DNA from: Candidatus Latescibacterota bacterium
GTDB taxonomy: Bacteria > Latescibacterota > UBA2968 > UBA8231
Assembly (NCBI GenBank): GCA_965203355.1
Contig: OZ241889.1
Coordinates: 2,144,001 to 2,208,000, forward strand
Direction: 5' to 3'
Length of the DNA stretch: 64,000 nt
A program made the translations under genes and the position numbers. Within the stretch, counting starts at the first letter, position 1; every line of letters starts with the position of its first letter. The notes beneath the pieces are model-generated. The model saw nothing but the letters and a program-made list of their open reading frames with translations, had not been told where the DNA came from and did not search any database. Shown here one piece after another: positions 55,762 through 64,000 of this stretch.

Positions 55762-56751
55762 TTAGACGCAGCGGTTGTGGATCCAACTAAACTGCAACGG
55801 TGCGGTGTGTTTCAGCCGTCGCTCGCTGCGCTCGGCTAGCTTGGCGTAGCGCGGCCCGAGCGAGCACAAGTAGTCTTGGGCGGCGGCCGCTTCGCCAGTG
55901 AGGCCGCTGAGCGAGTCGAGGTTCCACTGGCGGACGAGGTGCTGGATGATTTCGGAGTAGTGCTTGGCCGTGTACACCCCGAGTCGCTGGGCTACTATTG
56001 AGAAGTGTTCAAAGAGGTTGGGGTCTTGTCCGTCGGTCATCAGGTGAGCGGGCATGACGATTTGGTGTTTCATCAGATCGTGGAAGGCCAATATCGCGCC
56101 TTTGGGATCTAGCTCGAAAATTTTCTTGATAAAGTTCGTGTACGCTTTTTCGTGGCGGGCTTCGTCGCCGGCCACGACGCCGCAGATGGTCTTGAGGTGC
56201 GCATCGCCGGCTTTTTGCGCTAGGCGGGCCACGTTGCTGTGCGAGATGCGGGTCGCCCGCTCTTGGAAAGATGTATAGACGAAGCCTTTGTAGGGGTCTT
56301 GGGCGGCCTGCGGGTTGAAGCCATTGCGCAGCAGGTATTGGATGGTCGTCTCGATGGCACGCATATCGACTCGGCCCGTGAGAAAAAGGTATTTGTTAAG
56401 CAGGTCGCCGTGGCGATTTTCCTCGGCGGTCCAACCGCGCGACCACTGGGCCCACGGACTGGGGTCCGTGCCAGTGGTGTCCGACACGCCTTCAAAGCTG
56501 TTGAGCAAGGTCTGGTAGGTGGGCAGGGCTTCCTCGGTGATCATGTCGCCGACGAGGACGACGAGGACATCGTCGGGAAGCGCCTGAGCGCGGGCGCGGA
56601 ACTCGCGTATGGAGTGTTCCCAGTTTTCCGCGCCCACATCCGGGAGAAAATCGTCGGGTTGCCAACTATCCTCTACGGACTTGAGCAATTTGAGTTGGCC
56701 CCTGACAAAATCCTCCATGCTCGCGATGACTTCTCTCTTGTGCGGATTCAA
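55762..56751 (-). CDS. Soluble acyl-ACP desaturase (di-iron)
   Basis: WQPDDFLP, GDMITEEALPTY, WTAEENRHGDLL, YTSFQERAT, DEARHE; TTG start with GGAG RBS. Confidence 0.93.
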   Translation of the reverse strand: MNPHKREVIASMEDFVRGQLKLLKSVEDSWQPDDFLPDVGAENWEHSIREFRARAQALPDDVLVVLVGDMITEEALPTYQTLLNSFEGVSDTTGTDPSPWAQWSRGWTAEENRHGDLLNKYLFLTGRVDMRAIETTIQYLLRNGFNPQAAQDPYKGFVYTSFQERATRISHSNVARLAQKAGDAHLKTICGVVAGDEARHEKAYTNFIKKIFELDPKGAILAFHDLMKHQIVMPAHLMTDGQDPNLFEHFSIVAQRLGVYTAKHYSEIIQHLVRQWNLDSLSGLTGEAAAAQDYLCSLGPRYAKLAERSERRLKHTAPLQFSWIHNRCV

Positions 56752-56895
56752 CGGAGTTTCTCCATCATTGAGTGTTTGAAAGGTACCGCAGGCGGCATGA
56801 ATTTATATATATAGATACGGATATAAGACAAAATGGACAAATTGAGCTATGGATTCAAGCCGCGCTTCCTCGGTGAGCCTGTGTTGACGTACCGC

Positions 56896-56929
56896 TGGCG
56901 ACTCGCGCCAAAAGTGGCGCACACCGCCA
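56896..56929. promoter_or_regulatory. Two TGGCG-N5-CGCCA palindromes (candidate enhancer-binding-protein UAS, PspF-like)
   Basis: TGGCGactcgCGCCA (56896-56910) and TGGCGcacacCGCCA (56915-56929), about 80-110 bp upstream of a -24/-12 element. Confidence 0.65.
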
Positions 56930-57007
56930 TAAATGCGGGCGGTTTTCACCCGGCTATTAATGTCCTATCTATTTGTTTGTAAATAAGTTGCAAATCATGT
57001 AAATCAG

Positions 57008-57023
57008 CGGTACGCTCTTTGCT
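57008..57023 (+). promoter_or_regulatory. Sigma-54 (-24/-12) promoter
   Basis: CGGTACGCTCTTTGCT versus consensus TGGCACGNNNNTTGCW, with GG-N10-GC spacing; upstream of the pspA operon. Confidence 0.7.
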
Positions 57024-57064
57024 AGTAAACGGGGTGAATCCCTTACCCCAACAAGGAGGATACC

Positions 57065-57262
57065 TTGGTGAACAAAGGATTTAGCAGAGAGCAGATCGAG
57101 CGCGTCGCTCGGATGTACAAATGCAATCAGGACGCCAGCCGGGCGCTGGGGATTACGAACCGCAGCTTTAGCCGGCTCTGCCGCAAATACGACATTGAAT
57201 CGCCTTTTGCGCGGCGGCAGCGGCAGCGCTCTCGGGTGGCCCAAAGCACTAACCCCGTATAG
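57065..57262 (+). CDS. Small Fis-type HTH protein
   Basis: NQDASRALGITNRSFSRLCRKYDI resembles the Fis/NtrC HTH; AAGGAGGA RBS. Start may be GTG 57068. Confidence 0.7.
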   Translation: MVNKGFSREQIERVARMYKCNQDASRALGITNRSFSRLCRKYDIESPFARRQRQRSRVAQSTNPV

Positions 57263-57272
57263 GAGGCCTATC

Positions 57273-57938
57273 ATGGGAACAATGGAGCGGCTCGCCGCCA
57301 TCTGGAAGGCGAACCTCAACGAAGTGCTGGACCGGATCGAGAATCCAGCGAAGATGGTAGATCAAATCGTCCGCGACGCCGAGTGCGCTGTCGACCAAGC
57401 CGTAGATGCTTTGGTTAAGGCTCGGGCCACCAAGTGGCGTCTAGAGCGCGACCTCCGGCGCCACGCCGAGCAGATACAGATGTGGCAAGACAAAGCCGCC
57501 GCCGCGGTAGCGGCCGGAAACGACGAGGGTGCGCGGCTCGCCTTGATACAGAAAACCGAGCTGGATCAGGCGCGTGGACCGCTAGAACCGGCCCTCGCGG
57601 AGAGCTGTGACACCGTGGCCGAGCTAGAGGAGCAGGTCGAGATCCTGCGCCAAAAGCTGCGCGATATCCGCGCACGGAGGGGCCAGTTGATCGCCCGCTG
57701 TTGCGCCGAGCGCGAGCGCGGTGTAGTACTCGGCGAAGACGCGCCCGTGCTGCGCTTTGACGCGATCGCGCATCAGGTACAGCAAAGCGAGCGCGAACTG
57801 GCGCGCTTTGAGCAACAGGTGGATCAGGCCGTCGCTGAAGCCGAAGTGCTGCGCGAATTAGCCGCCAAGCGCCGCGTCGAGCGCGACCACAAAGTCGCGG
57901 AGGAACTGGCCGCGCTGAAAGCAGAAAAAACATCGTAA
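57273..57938 (+). CDS. pspA: PspA/IM30 family protein
   Basis: MGTMERLAAIWKANLNEVLDRIENPAKMVDQIVRD...WQDKAAAAVAAGNDEGARLAL...EELAALK. Confidence 0.88.
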   Translation: MGTMERLAAIWKANLNEVLDRIENPAKMVDQIVRDAECAVDQAVDALVKARATKWRLERDLRRHAEQIQMWQDKAAAAVAAGNDEGARLALIQKTELDQARGPLEPALAESCDTVAELEEQVEILRQKLRDIRARRGQLIARCCAERERGVVLGEDAPVLRFDAIAHQVQQSERELARFEQQVDQAVAEAEVLRELAAKRRVERDHKVAEELAALKAEKTS

Positions 57939-57950
57939 AGGAGGTCGGTC

Positions 57951-58319
57951 ATGTTAGCCAGAATACTAGGTGTGCTATTGCTACTTGGGAGCGTTGCTTG
58001 GGGAGTCAAGCTGATTTTGCCCTTGTTCGGCAGTCTCTTTGGTTTGCTCGGCGCGGTCGCGATCGGTCTCTTGGCTGCCGCTGCGCTCTACATGGGTCTG
58101 CGTTGGCTGCGCGGCGAGAGCATCTTGGGCCGGGTCGTCGGCGCCTTGGTCTTGCTCGTCGGGATCTGGCTGGCGTTTACAGCGGCGTTGAGCTTGGTGT
58201 CGGGTGTCTTTGGTGCCGCGTTTTTGCTGTTGCGGGTCGCTTTGGTGCTGGGGATCTGCTACGTGGGCTGGCGGTGGCTGGACAACGGCGAGTTTAGCCT
58301 GCGGCACTGGAGAGTTTGA
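57951..58319 (+). CDS. Small multi-pass membrane protein (psp operon partner)
   Basis: Very hydrophobic, about 4 TM in two similar halves; AAGGAGG RBS. Confidence 0.8.
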   Translation: MLARILGVLLLLGSVAWGVKLILPLFGSLFGLLGAVAIGLLAAAALYMGLRWLRGESILGRVVGALVLLVGIWLAFTAALSLVSGVFGAAFLLLRVALVLGICYVGWRWLDNGEFSLRHWRV

Positions 58320-58343
58320 GGACGAAAAAAGTGGTTAAATTAC

Positions 58344-58394
58344 TTGACAACTGCACTTATGTTCAGTATATTGATGACTGAACATAAGTGCAGT
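58344..58394 (+). promoter_or_regulatory. Sigma-70 promoter overlapped by a perfect 18-bp inverted repeat (twin LexA-like operators)
   Basis: TTGACA-17 bp-TATATT; ACTGCACTTATGTTCAGT-N9-ACTGAACATAAGTGCAGT. Confidence 0.8.
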
Positions 58395-58460
58395 AAAGCG
58401 ATTTTCCCACGTCCTCTCTGGCGCATCCCCAAGCGCCAGTACTCCCTTAGGAGGTTGCCA

Positions 58461-58757
58461 ATGCACAGGCCCCGCGCATCATTCCCCACAGCCCCATCTA
58501 TAGCCCGTCTGGGCGGCGAGCTCAGTGCAGTCATCAATCGGGTGCGAAGTGCTTTCGGCCCCATTCCCATGCGCGGCTCGGCTACCCGTCCCCGAGTTCA
58601 ACGGGCCGAGCAAGTCGTCGATCAAACCGCTCGTCAGCTCTTGCGCGGCGAAGCAGACCTGAGCGCGTGGTACCGGGTGCTGCGTCAATACGAAGATGCT
58701 TGGATGCTAGAGTTGGAAAAGGTGCGCGGGGCGCGGGCCGAGCGCTGTGCGGCTTAG
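58461..58757 (+). CDS. Hypothetical small protein (98 aa)
   Basis: AGGAGG RBS, ATG at 58461, downstream of a near-consensus promoter. Confidence 0.7.
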   Translation: MHRPRASFPTAPSIARLGGELSAVINRVRSAFGPIPMRGSATRPRVQRAEQVVDQTARQLLRGEADLSAWYRVLRQYEDAWMLELEKVRGARAERCAA

Positions 58758-59017
58758 CGGAGATGGATCTCGTCCACTTTGCCGACGATAGCTGCATCCG
58801 TAGGCAGTGGAGGGGCGAAGGCATTGCAGGCTTCGCGTGCGACCTCGACGATCACCGCGTCGCCCTCGCGCAAGGCTACCCAAGTCGCGCAGACCTCGGC
58901 TTCGCCCACAAGCGCTAGGCGCTCGTCAATGTCTTGGGTCAGGTGCAATATCTGGCCGCGGAACGGCTCAATGCACTGGGAAAGCACTACGGTGCCCACC
59001 ACCTTGGCTAGTTTCAC
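58754..59017 (-). CDS. BMC vertex (pentamer) protein, EutN/CcmL family
   Basis: MKLAKVVGTVVLSQ...GDAVIV...DAAIVGKVDEI. Confidence 0.8.
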   Translation of the reverse strand: MKLAKVVGTVVLSQCIEPFRGQILHLTQDIDERLALVGEAEVCATWVALREGDAVIVEVAREACNAFAPPLPTDAAIVGKVDEIHLR

Positions 59018-59274
59018 GCGGCCGCTCCTTCGTCGATAATACCCACGATCACGCTCCTGCACGGGGGCCGCTCGGCTCCGGTCACCGCGGCCCCGGCAGC
59101 CCCGGACTGCACGACTAGCACTTTGACGCCGATCCCCGCCTGGACCCCATCCACCGCTACTTGCAAAGCACCGCTCTCTTCGGCTTCGGAGCGGACCACC
59201 ATGATCTTCTGCCCGGCGAGCAAGGGATGCTTGCTGCTGGCGACTACGTGGCCAATGACGCGGCAGACCCTCAT
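59014..59274 (-). CDS. BMC vertex (pentamer) protein, EutN/CcmL family
   Basis: MRVCRVIGHVVASSKHPLLAGQKIMVV...VAVDGVQAGIG...SVIVGIID. Confidence 0.88.
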   Translation of the reverse strand: MRVCRVIGHVVASSKHPLLAGQKIMVVRSEAEESGALQVAVDGVQAGIGVKVLVVQSGAAGAAVTGAERPPCRSVIVGIIDEGAAA

Positions 59275-59573
59275 GCTACTTGCTTTTCTAGGGCGCGTCC
59301 AAACGCCTGTAGCGAATCCACGATGCCGATGATCAGCGCATCTACGGGCATCTTATCCATGCCCGGGGCCTGCCGTGCCGAGCTGCCCTGCACGACGACG
59401 ACGAGTTCGTCTTCGCCCGCTTGTACGCCATCGATGCAGACGAGGTGCTTCTGGGTGCGCTGCAAGCCCTCGGGCGTGGTGGCCAGGATCTCGACTATTA
59501 AGAGTTTTTCGCCTTCGAGCGCATCTACCTTGGCGCTGGAGACCACGTGCCCCTTGACGAGACCGAGTATCAC
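59271..59573 (-). CDS. BMC vertex (pentamer) protein, EutN/CcmL family
   Basis: MILGLVKGHVVSSAKVDALEGEKLLIV...DGVQAGEDELVVVVQGSSAR...PVDALIIGIVD. Confidence 0.92.
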   Translation of the reverse strand: MILGLVKGHVVSSAKVDALEGEKLLIVEILATTPEGLQRTQKHLVCIDGVQAGEDELVVVVQGSSARQAPGMDKMPVDALIIGIVDSLQAFGRALEKQVA

Positions 59574-60826
59574 GGGCTTTCCTCAAAGAGTTGCAAGCGG
59601 GTGGCGTTGATTTCTTGCGCGTCGTATCCGTACAAACCAGCGACCTTCTCCAACACTTGGTTTATGAGGATATCCGGGCAGGACGCGCCCGAGGTAATGA
59701 TTAGCCGCACAGGCAGGGGCCGCGGTAGCCAATCCTCGCTCTCGATTATCTTTTTAGTGAAGATGTCAAAATGTCGGATGCGCTGAGCCGATAGGATTTC
59801 GTCGCTGTTGGCGATGAGGAAGCTGGGCATGGATTGCAAGCACAACTCGACTAAATGCGAGGTGTTCGAGCTGTTGTAGCCACCGACGACCAGGGCCAAA
59901 TCGGCACCCGAGCTTAACAGCGAGCGCATGGCGCTCTGGTTCTGGTGAGTGGCGTAGCACAGGGTGTCATTGGTGTCGGCGCAGTGGTAGTCGAGGTTCT
60001 CCGATCCATAGCGCTGGCGCATGGCGCGGCGCAAAATGGCGGCCATTTCCTGCGTTTCTTCGGCGAGCATGGTCGTCTGGTTGACCACGGCCACCCGCTC
60101 TAGGTCCTTTTGTGGGTCGAAGCCCGGTGAGCTTTTGCCGGCAAAGGTGCGCTCGAAGTCGGCGATCGGTAGTGTACCAGTGATGTACGCGGCCACCTGC
60201 TCGGCCTCGGCGACGTCGAACACCACTAGGGTTTTGGTGTGTGCCTCGGTGTGCGAATGAGTCGCTTGGGTCTCCTCGTGGTTGTACTTGCCGTGGATGA
60301 TGATGGTATAGCCTTGGCGGCCGAGCTCCTCGCCGCGCTTCCACACCTTGGACACAAAGGGGCAGGTGGTATCGTAGTTTGCCCGGTATTCTTCGGATTC
60401 GATGTCGATGCCGCTGCGGCGGAGCGATTCCTCGATCTGTATGGTAGTGCCAAAGGCCGGGATGAGCGCGATATCGTCGCTGTTTAGCTCGGCCTCTGAG
60501 ACCTGGCGGTCTCCCTCGGAATTGTAGATGAAGCGGACGCCTTGCTTTTTGAGGTCATTGTTGATCAAGGGATTGTGGATGATTTCGCTAACGAGGTACG
60601 CGTTGCGATCTGGGTTTTCCTTGACGGCTGAAAAGGCCATGTGAATGGCCCGCTCAACCCCAAAACAAAAGCCAAAGTGCCGGGGGATTAAGACCTGTAA
60701 CTGACCGATTTGTAGGAGGGTTGGGCACAGCGAACGCTTGCCGTTTTTCAGGCGGTAATCCTTGACGCGCTGGATGATGGGGCCGGCGTAGTGATTGGGG
60801 ACTTGGTTGAATTGCGGATACGCCAT
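59570..60826 (-). CDS. ispH: 4-hydroxy-3-methylbut-2-enyl diphosphate reductase
   Basis: FGFCFGVERA, IIHNP, DTTCPFV, NQTTM, TLCYAT, VGGYNSSNT, TSGASCPD. Confidence 0.95.
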   Translation of the reverse strand: MAYPQFNQVPNHYAGPIIQRVKDYRLKNGKRSLCPTLLQIGQLQVLIPRHFGFCFGVERAIHMAFSAVKENPDRNAYLVSEIIHNPLINNDLKKQGVRFIYNSEGDRQVSEAELNSDDIALIPAFGTTIQIEESLRRSGIDIESEEYRANYDTTCPFVSKVWKRGEELGRQGYTIIIHGKYNHEETQATHSHTEAHTKTLVVFDVAEAEQVAAYITGTLPIADFERTFAGKSSPGFDPQKDLERVAVVNQTTMLAEETQEMAAILRRAMRQRYGSENLDYHCADTNDTLCYATHQNQSAMRSLLSSGADLALVVGGYNSSNTSHLVELCLQSMPSFLIANSDEILSAQRIRHFDIFTKKIIESEDWLPRPLPVRLIITSGASCPDILINQVLEKVAGLYGYDAQEINATRLQLFEESP

Positions 60827-60960
60827 GTGAAGATCCTTGTGGTATTTATGTTTAGCAGTACATAACAGCATCAGGTTAAGCTGTCAATAGCACCCTACTT
60901 GAGGCCGGGCGATTGGTTTGTTGCCCGGTGCGGAGTTCACCTGTACGGGAGTGTCAACTA

Positions 60961-62025
60961 ATGAAATTCGTCATTCGCGCCGGCGGGGTGGGTACGCGGC
61001 TGTGGCCCTATAGCCGTGTGCACAAGCCCAAGCAGTTCCACTGCATGGCCGGCGAGCAGACCATGCTACAAGACGCGGTCGCCCGCATTGGCGCGATTGC
61101 CGCGCCGACCGATGTGTACGTATCGACCGGAGATCCGTTGCGGTCCTTGGTGCGCGAGCAGGTGCCGACGCTGACGCCCGAGCGGCTCATCGTCGAGCCG
61201 GCCCGGCGCAATACTGGCCCGGCCATCGGCTTGGAGTGTGCGCTGCTAGAGGTGCGCCATCCGGGCTGTACGGTCGCTAGCTTGGGATCGGATCACTACA
61301 TAGGTCGGCCCGAGGAGTTCTGTCGCTTGTTGCAAGTCGCCGACCAAGCCCTAACCGATCGGCCCGGCTATTTGTTTACGCTCGGAGTCAAGCCGACGCG
61401 CGCTGAAACTGGCTATGGCTACATCCGCCGAGGCTCCATGCTAGCGCAGGTGTGCGGGACATCGGTGTACGAAGTCGCCGAATTTACCGAAAAGCCTGCG
61501 GCGCAGCAGGCGGCTGAGTACGTGGCTAGCGGCCATTATTTGTGGAACAGCAACATGTTCGTCTGGAAGGCGGCGACCGTGCTGGAGCTTTTGGCCCGCT
61601 TTGAGCCGGAAATGTACGCTGGGTTGCAGCGCATCCAAGCGGCCGTTGGCACACCGCAAGAGGAAGCGATCATCGCCCGCGAGTATCCAAAGCTCAAGCC
61701 GATTTCCATCGATCACGCCTTGGTCGAGCGCGCTCCCAAGGTAGCCACACTAGAAGCGGATATCGACTGGGGCGACATCGGCTCTTGGTCGGCACTGACG
61801 GACGTGTTGCCGACGGATGCGGCCGGCAATTTGTTGGCCGGCGAGGTGATGGCGTTGGATACGGCCCGTTCAACGGTGTATGGGCCGGCCGACAAGATCG
61901 TGCTGCTGCTGGGGGTGGAGGACTTGGTCGTGGTGGATACTGAAGACGCACTGCTGGTGTGCGCGAAGGGGGCGGCGCAAAAGGTGAAAGACGCGGTGGA
62001 TCTGCTGAAAGAGCAATATCGCTAG
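60961..62025 (+). CDS. Mannose-1-phosphate guanylyltransferase
   Basis: AGGVGTRLWPYSR..KPKQF, EPARRNTGPAI, ETGYGYI, FTEKP, WNSNMF, WGDIGSW. Confidence 0.92.
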   Translation: MKFVIRAGGVGTRLWPYSRVHKPKQFHCMAGEQTMLQDAVARIGAIAAPTDVYVSTGDPLRSLVREQVPTLTPERLIVEPARRNTGPAIGLECALLEVRHPGCTVASLGSDHYIGRPEEFCRLLQVADQALTDRPGYLFTLGVKPTRAETGYGYIRRGSMLAQVCGTSVYEVAEFTEKPAAQQAAEYVASGHYLWNSNMFVWKAATVLELLARFEPEMYAGLQRIQAAVGTPQEEAIIAREYPKLKPISIDHALVERAPKVATLEADIDWGDIGSWSALTDVLPTDAAGNLLAGEVMALDTARSTVYGPADKIVLLLGVEDLVVVDTEDALLVCAKGAAQKVKDAVDLLKEQYR

Positions 62026-62157
62026 GCTTAGGATTCTCGTTGCCTACCAGCGACATGCCCCGCACGATGGCGCAAGTGGAGCGCTGCTGACGACTCATCG
62101 CCTCTTATCAGCGGGAATGCTTTGTTAGGGCCGCTGGGGATTGCTACCTACAATGGG

Positions 62158-62409
62158 CTATTGAGACGCGATAAAAATAATGATGAGAACCATAACAAGT
62201 GCTACCACTAACCCGAAGCAGCCGAAGCCAGAGAAGGAGTGTTCGATCTCTCTGCCCCAACGTTCAGAAAACGTCCCGTCTTTCTTGTCACCTCCCATCG
62301 CCTTTATTGCCGAGAGTATAGCTAGGCCTAAGAAAATAATCGCTATCGGTGGTAGTGGTATTGTTACGAAGGCTAATATGAGTAAAACGACAGCAACAAG
62401 GCATCCCAT
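62158..62409 (-). CDS. Small membrane protein (83 aa)
   Basis: Hydrophobic segments; GGAG RBS; low-GC island context. Confidence 0.6.
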   Translation of the reverse strand: MGCLVAVVLLILAFVTIPLPPIAIIFLGLAILSAIKAMGGDKKDGTFSERWGREIEHSFSGFGCFGLVVALVMVLIIIFIASQ

Positions 62410-62430
62410 TGATTTGTCTCCGATATAGCA

Positions 62431-63243
62431 CTAAAACGCTTCACTCACCATCAGCTTGTAGAAACGCGACTCCACGGCCTGCAAGCGCTGCTGATAGAGC
62501 TTTTTGTCCGTTGGGCCGGTTGAATCAAAGACCCGCACGAAAAATCGACACTTTCTCGACTTGGACCACCCGAATAAGTCAGACGTTGAAGAAAGAAAAA
62601 GTTGTTCTGAAATGTCCTGATTCAAGACGATTTCTTGCACGGGTAGTGCCTGCCGTTCACTCGCTCGCTGCGGCAAGTCGGTCTCCCGCACGACTAAGCC
62701 GATGGGCGTCAGGTTCACGTCGTATATGTATTCAATGGTTCCGTCGTCATGCGTCCAACAGGATGGGACTTCAGTACCTTTGCCTACCGATTCCCGCACC
62801 AACTCCAACAGATGTTCTACATTCCTTTTTCCATCTGGTAGCAACTCCCGAATGGCTGAGTATTCACGTCCCAATTCTAGCGTGTTTATTATGGTTTCCG
62901 GTTCGGACAAAAAACCAGCTTCTTCTGTGGTATTCTGAAGCCTTTCAAGTTGTTGCTTTGTATCTCGGAGCAGTACCAGTTCACGCTGTAATTCCTCGAT
63001 ATTTTTACCGCTACTCGGCAACACTTCTTGAACAATGGAAAGCTGGGCTTCGAGTTGGTTGATTGTTTCTTGGCGTTCTTCCGCTACGCGCTTGGCTTCT
63101 TTCTGCTTGTCTTGTTGGTGTACCAATAAGGCGGCAAAGGCGAGCAGCAGAACGAAGATGATGAGAATGGCGATCTCAGCCATTGTGAGACCGAGGATAA
63201 GACCTTGCCGATAGGACGCGCTCCGCTTTTCAAAGTTTGCCAT
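62431..63243 (-). CDS. MotB/ZorB-like single-TM protein with coiled coil
   Basis: LGLTMAEIAILIIFVLLLAFAALL with an acidic residue at the TM start; coiled coil; C-terminal PSCW...CRFFV domain; overlaps the upstream gene. Confidence 0.6.
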   Translation of the reverse strand: MANFEKRSASYRQGLILGLTMAEIAILIIFVLLLAFAALLVHQQDKQKEAKRVAEERQETINQLEAQLSIVQEVLPSSGKNIEELQRELVLLRDTKQQLERLQNTTEEAGFLSEPETIINTLELGREYSAIRELLPDGKRNVEHLLELVRESVGKGTEVPSCWTHDDGTIEYIYDVNLTPIGLVVRETDLPQRASERQALPVQEIVLNQDISEQLFLSSTSDLFGWSKSRKCRFFVRVFDSTGPTDKKLYQQRLQAVESRFYKLMVSEAF

Positions 63244-64000
63244 CTGCGGGCCGTTGTTCGTCGGCTGTTCGTTTTGTCGATGTTTCAGACTGTTGGAGAA
63301 GAGTTGCGATGAAGTCTTCGGATGTTTGTATATTATTGATCCTCCCAACAAGGTCACTCACGCTGGCAGACACTGCCTCCGAATTGGATTTTATCGCGCT
63401 ATCTAAATTCGATACTTGTGCATTAAAATCGGATACGGTCTGACCGAAACTGTCGAGGTTGACTTGAAACTGCTGAATCGGGGATTGCAGAAGTCGTTCG
63501 AGTAGGTCTTTGGGCACGTCCATTTTGTTGATCTTTTCAACAAGGTCTCTAACACTGGCAGATAACGCATCCGAACTGGCATTTACTTGTTCGGCTCCGG
63601 TTTCAATGCTCTGTACGGAGGGACGTAGGAGTTGTTCGAGTAGGTCTTTGGGTACGTCCATTCTGTTGATCTTTTCAACGAGATCTTCCAAACTGGCAGC
63701 CACCGCGTCCGAACTAGAATTGACTACACTATTGAGATTTGACACTCGCTCGTTGAGGCCGGATACGGTATTGACGAAACTATCGAGATTGACTTGAAAC
63801 TGATCACGGCCCTCTTCAACAGTCTTAGTGAAACGAGTCACTGATGATTTGAATTGAGTAATAGCTTTCTTTTGTCTCTCGCCTGCCTCTCTGAGGATTT
63901 GCTGTAGCTCTATTCTAAAAGAGGAAAACTTTCTCAGTTCATAGTCGAGGTCGGACACGCCCTTGCTGAGCTTGCGTACCGTGTCGCTGAAATCGGATAC
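63230..64000 (-). CDS. Long helical repeat protein, C-terminal part (ZorA-tail/MCP-like); 5' end outside window
   Basis: Frame is open to the window edge; repeats SSDA(V/L)xASxxDLVEKINxMDVPKDLLE and QFQVNLDSF. Confidence 0.6.
   Translation of the reverse strand, partial: VSDFSDTVRKLSKGVSDLDYELRKFSSFRIELQQILREAGERQKKAITQFKSSVTRFTKTVEEGRDQFQVNLDSFVNTVSGLNERVSNLNSVVNSSSDAVAASLEDLVEKINRMDVPKDLLEQLLRPSVQSIETGAEQVNASSDALSASVRDLVEKINKMDVPKDLLERLLQSPIQQFQVNLDSFGQTVSDFNAQVSNLDSAIKSNSEAVSASVSDLVGRINNIQTSEDFIATLLQQSETSTKRTADEQRPADGKL

Overview
A GC-rich bacterial chromosomal window. The gene content (gatC-pyrG-lpt-rpoN, ispH, acyl-ACP desaturase, BMC-P triplet, ankyrin-rich accessory genes) suggests a diderm of the FCB group, such as Latescibacterota or Gemmatimonadota and possibly host-associated; this is inference only. 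Most of the window is housekeeping or metabolic: rmuC, smc, gatC, pyrG, lptB, rpoN, purH, dapA/dapB, ppk1, ispH, an ABC-2 exporter and tRNA-Thr(TGT). The main accessory block (about 32.2-46.4 kb) encodes an apparently coherent trans-envelope phospho-signalling machine. It has three near-identical Hanks-type Ser/Thr kinases with swapped C-terminal modules (one carrying a DARPin-like ankyrin ectodomain on a repeat stalk), a pseudoprotease/protease pair (trypsin-TM-FHA), a MotA/ExbB-like channel with an Asp-TM-vWA partner, two soluble FHA proteins and a membrane PP2C. Sequence relics record duplication and module exchange in this block. Other notable items: (1) a 2.1-kb integrase-less ATPase+PIN islet bounded by an 89-bp duplication of a gene 3' end beside the tRNA; (2) a sigma-54/PspF-like psp operon led by an HTH-only mini-protein; (3) a perfect 18-bp inverted repeat resembling twin LexA boxes over the promoter of an unknown small gene; (4) a partial Zorya-AB-like locus at the right edge. 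No CRISPR array, rRNA, transposase, integrase or reverse transcriptase was seen. All family assignments come from motif recognition by eye, without database searches.
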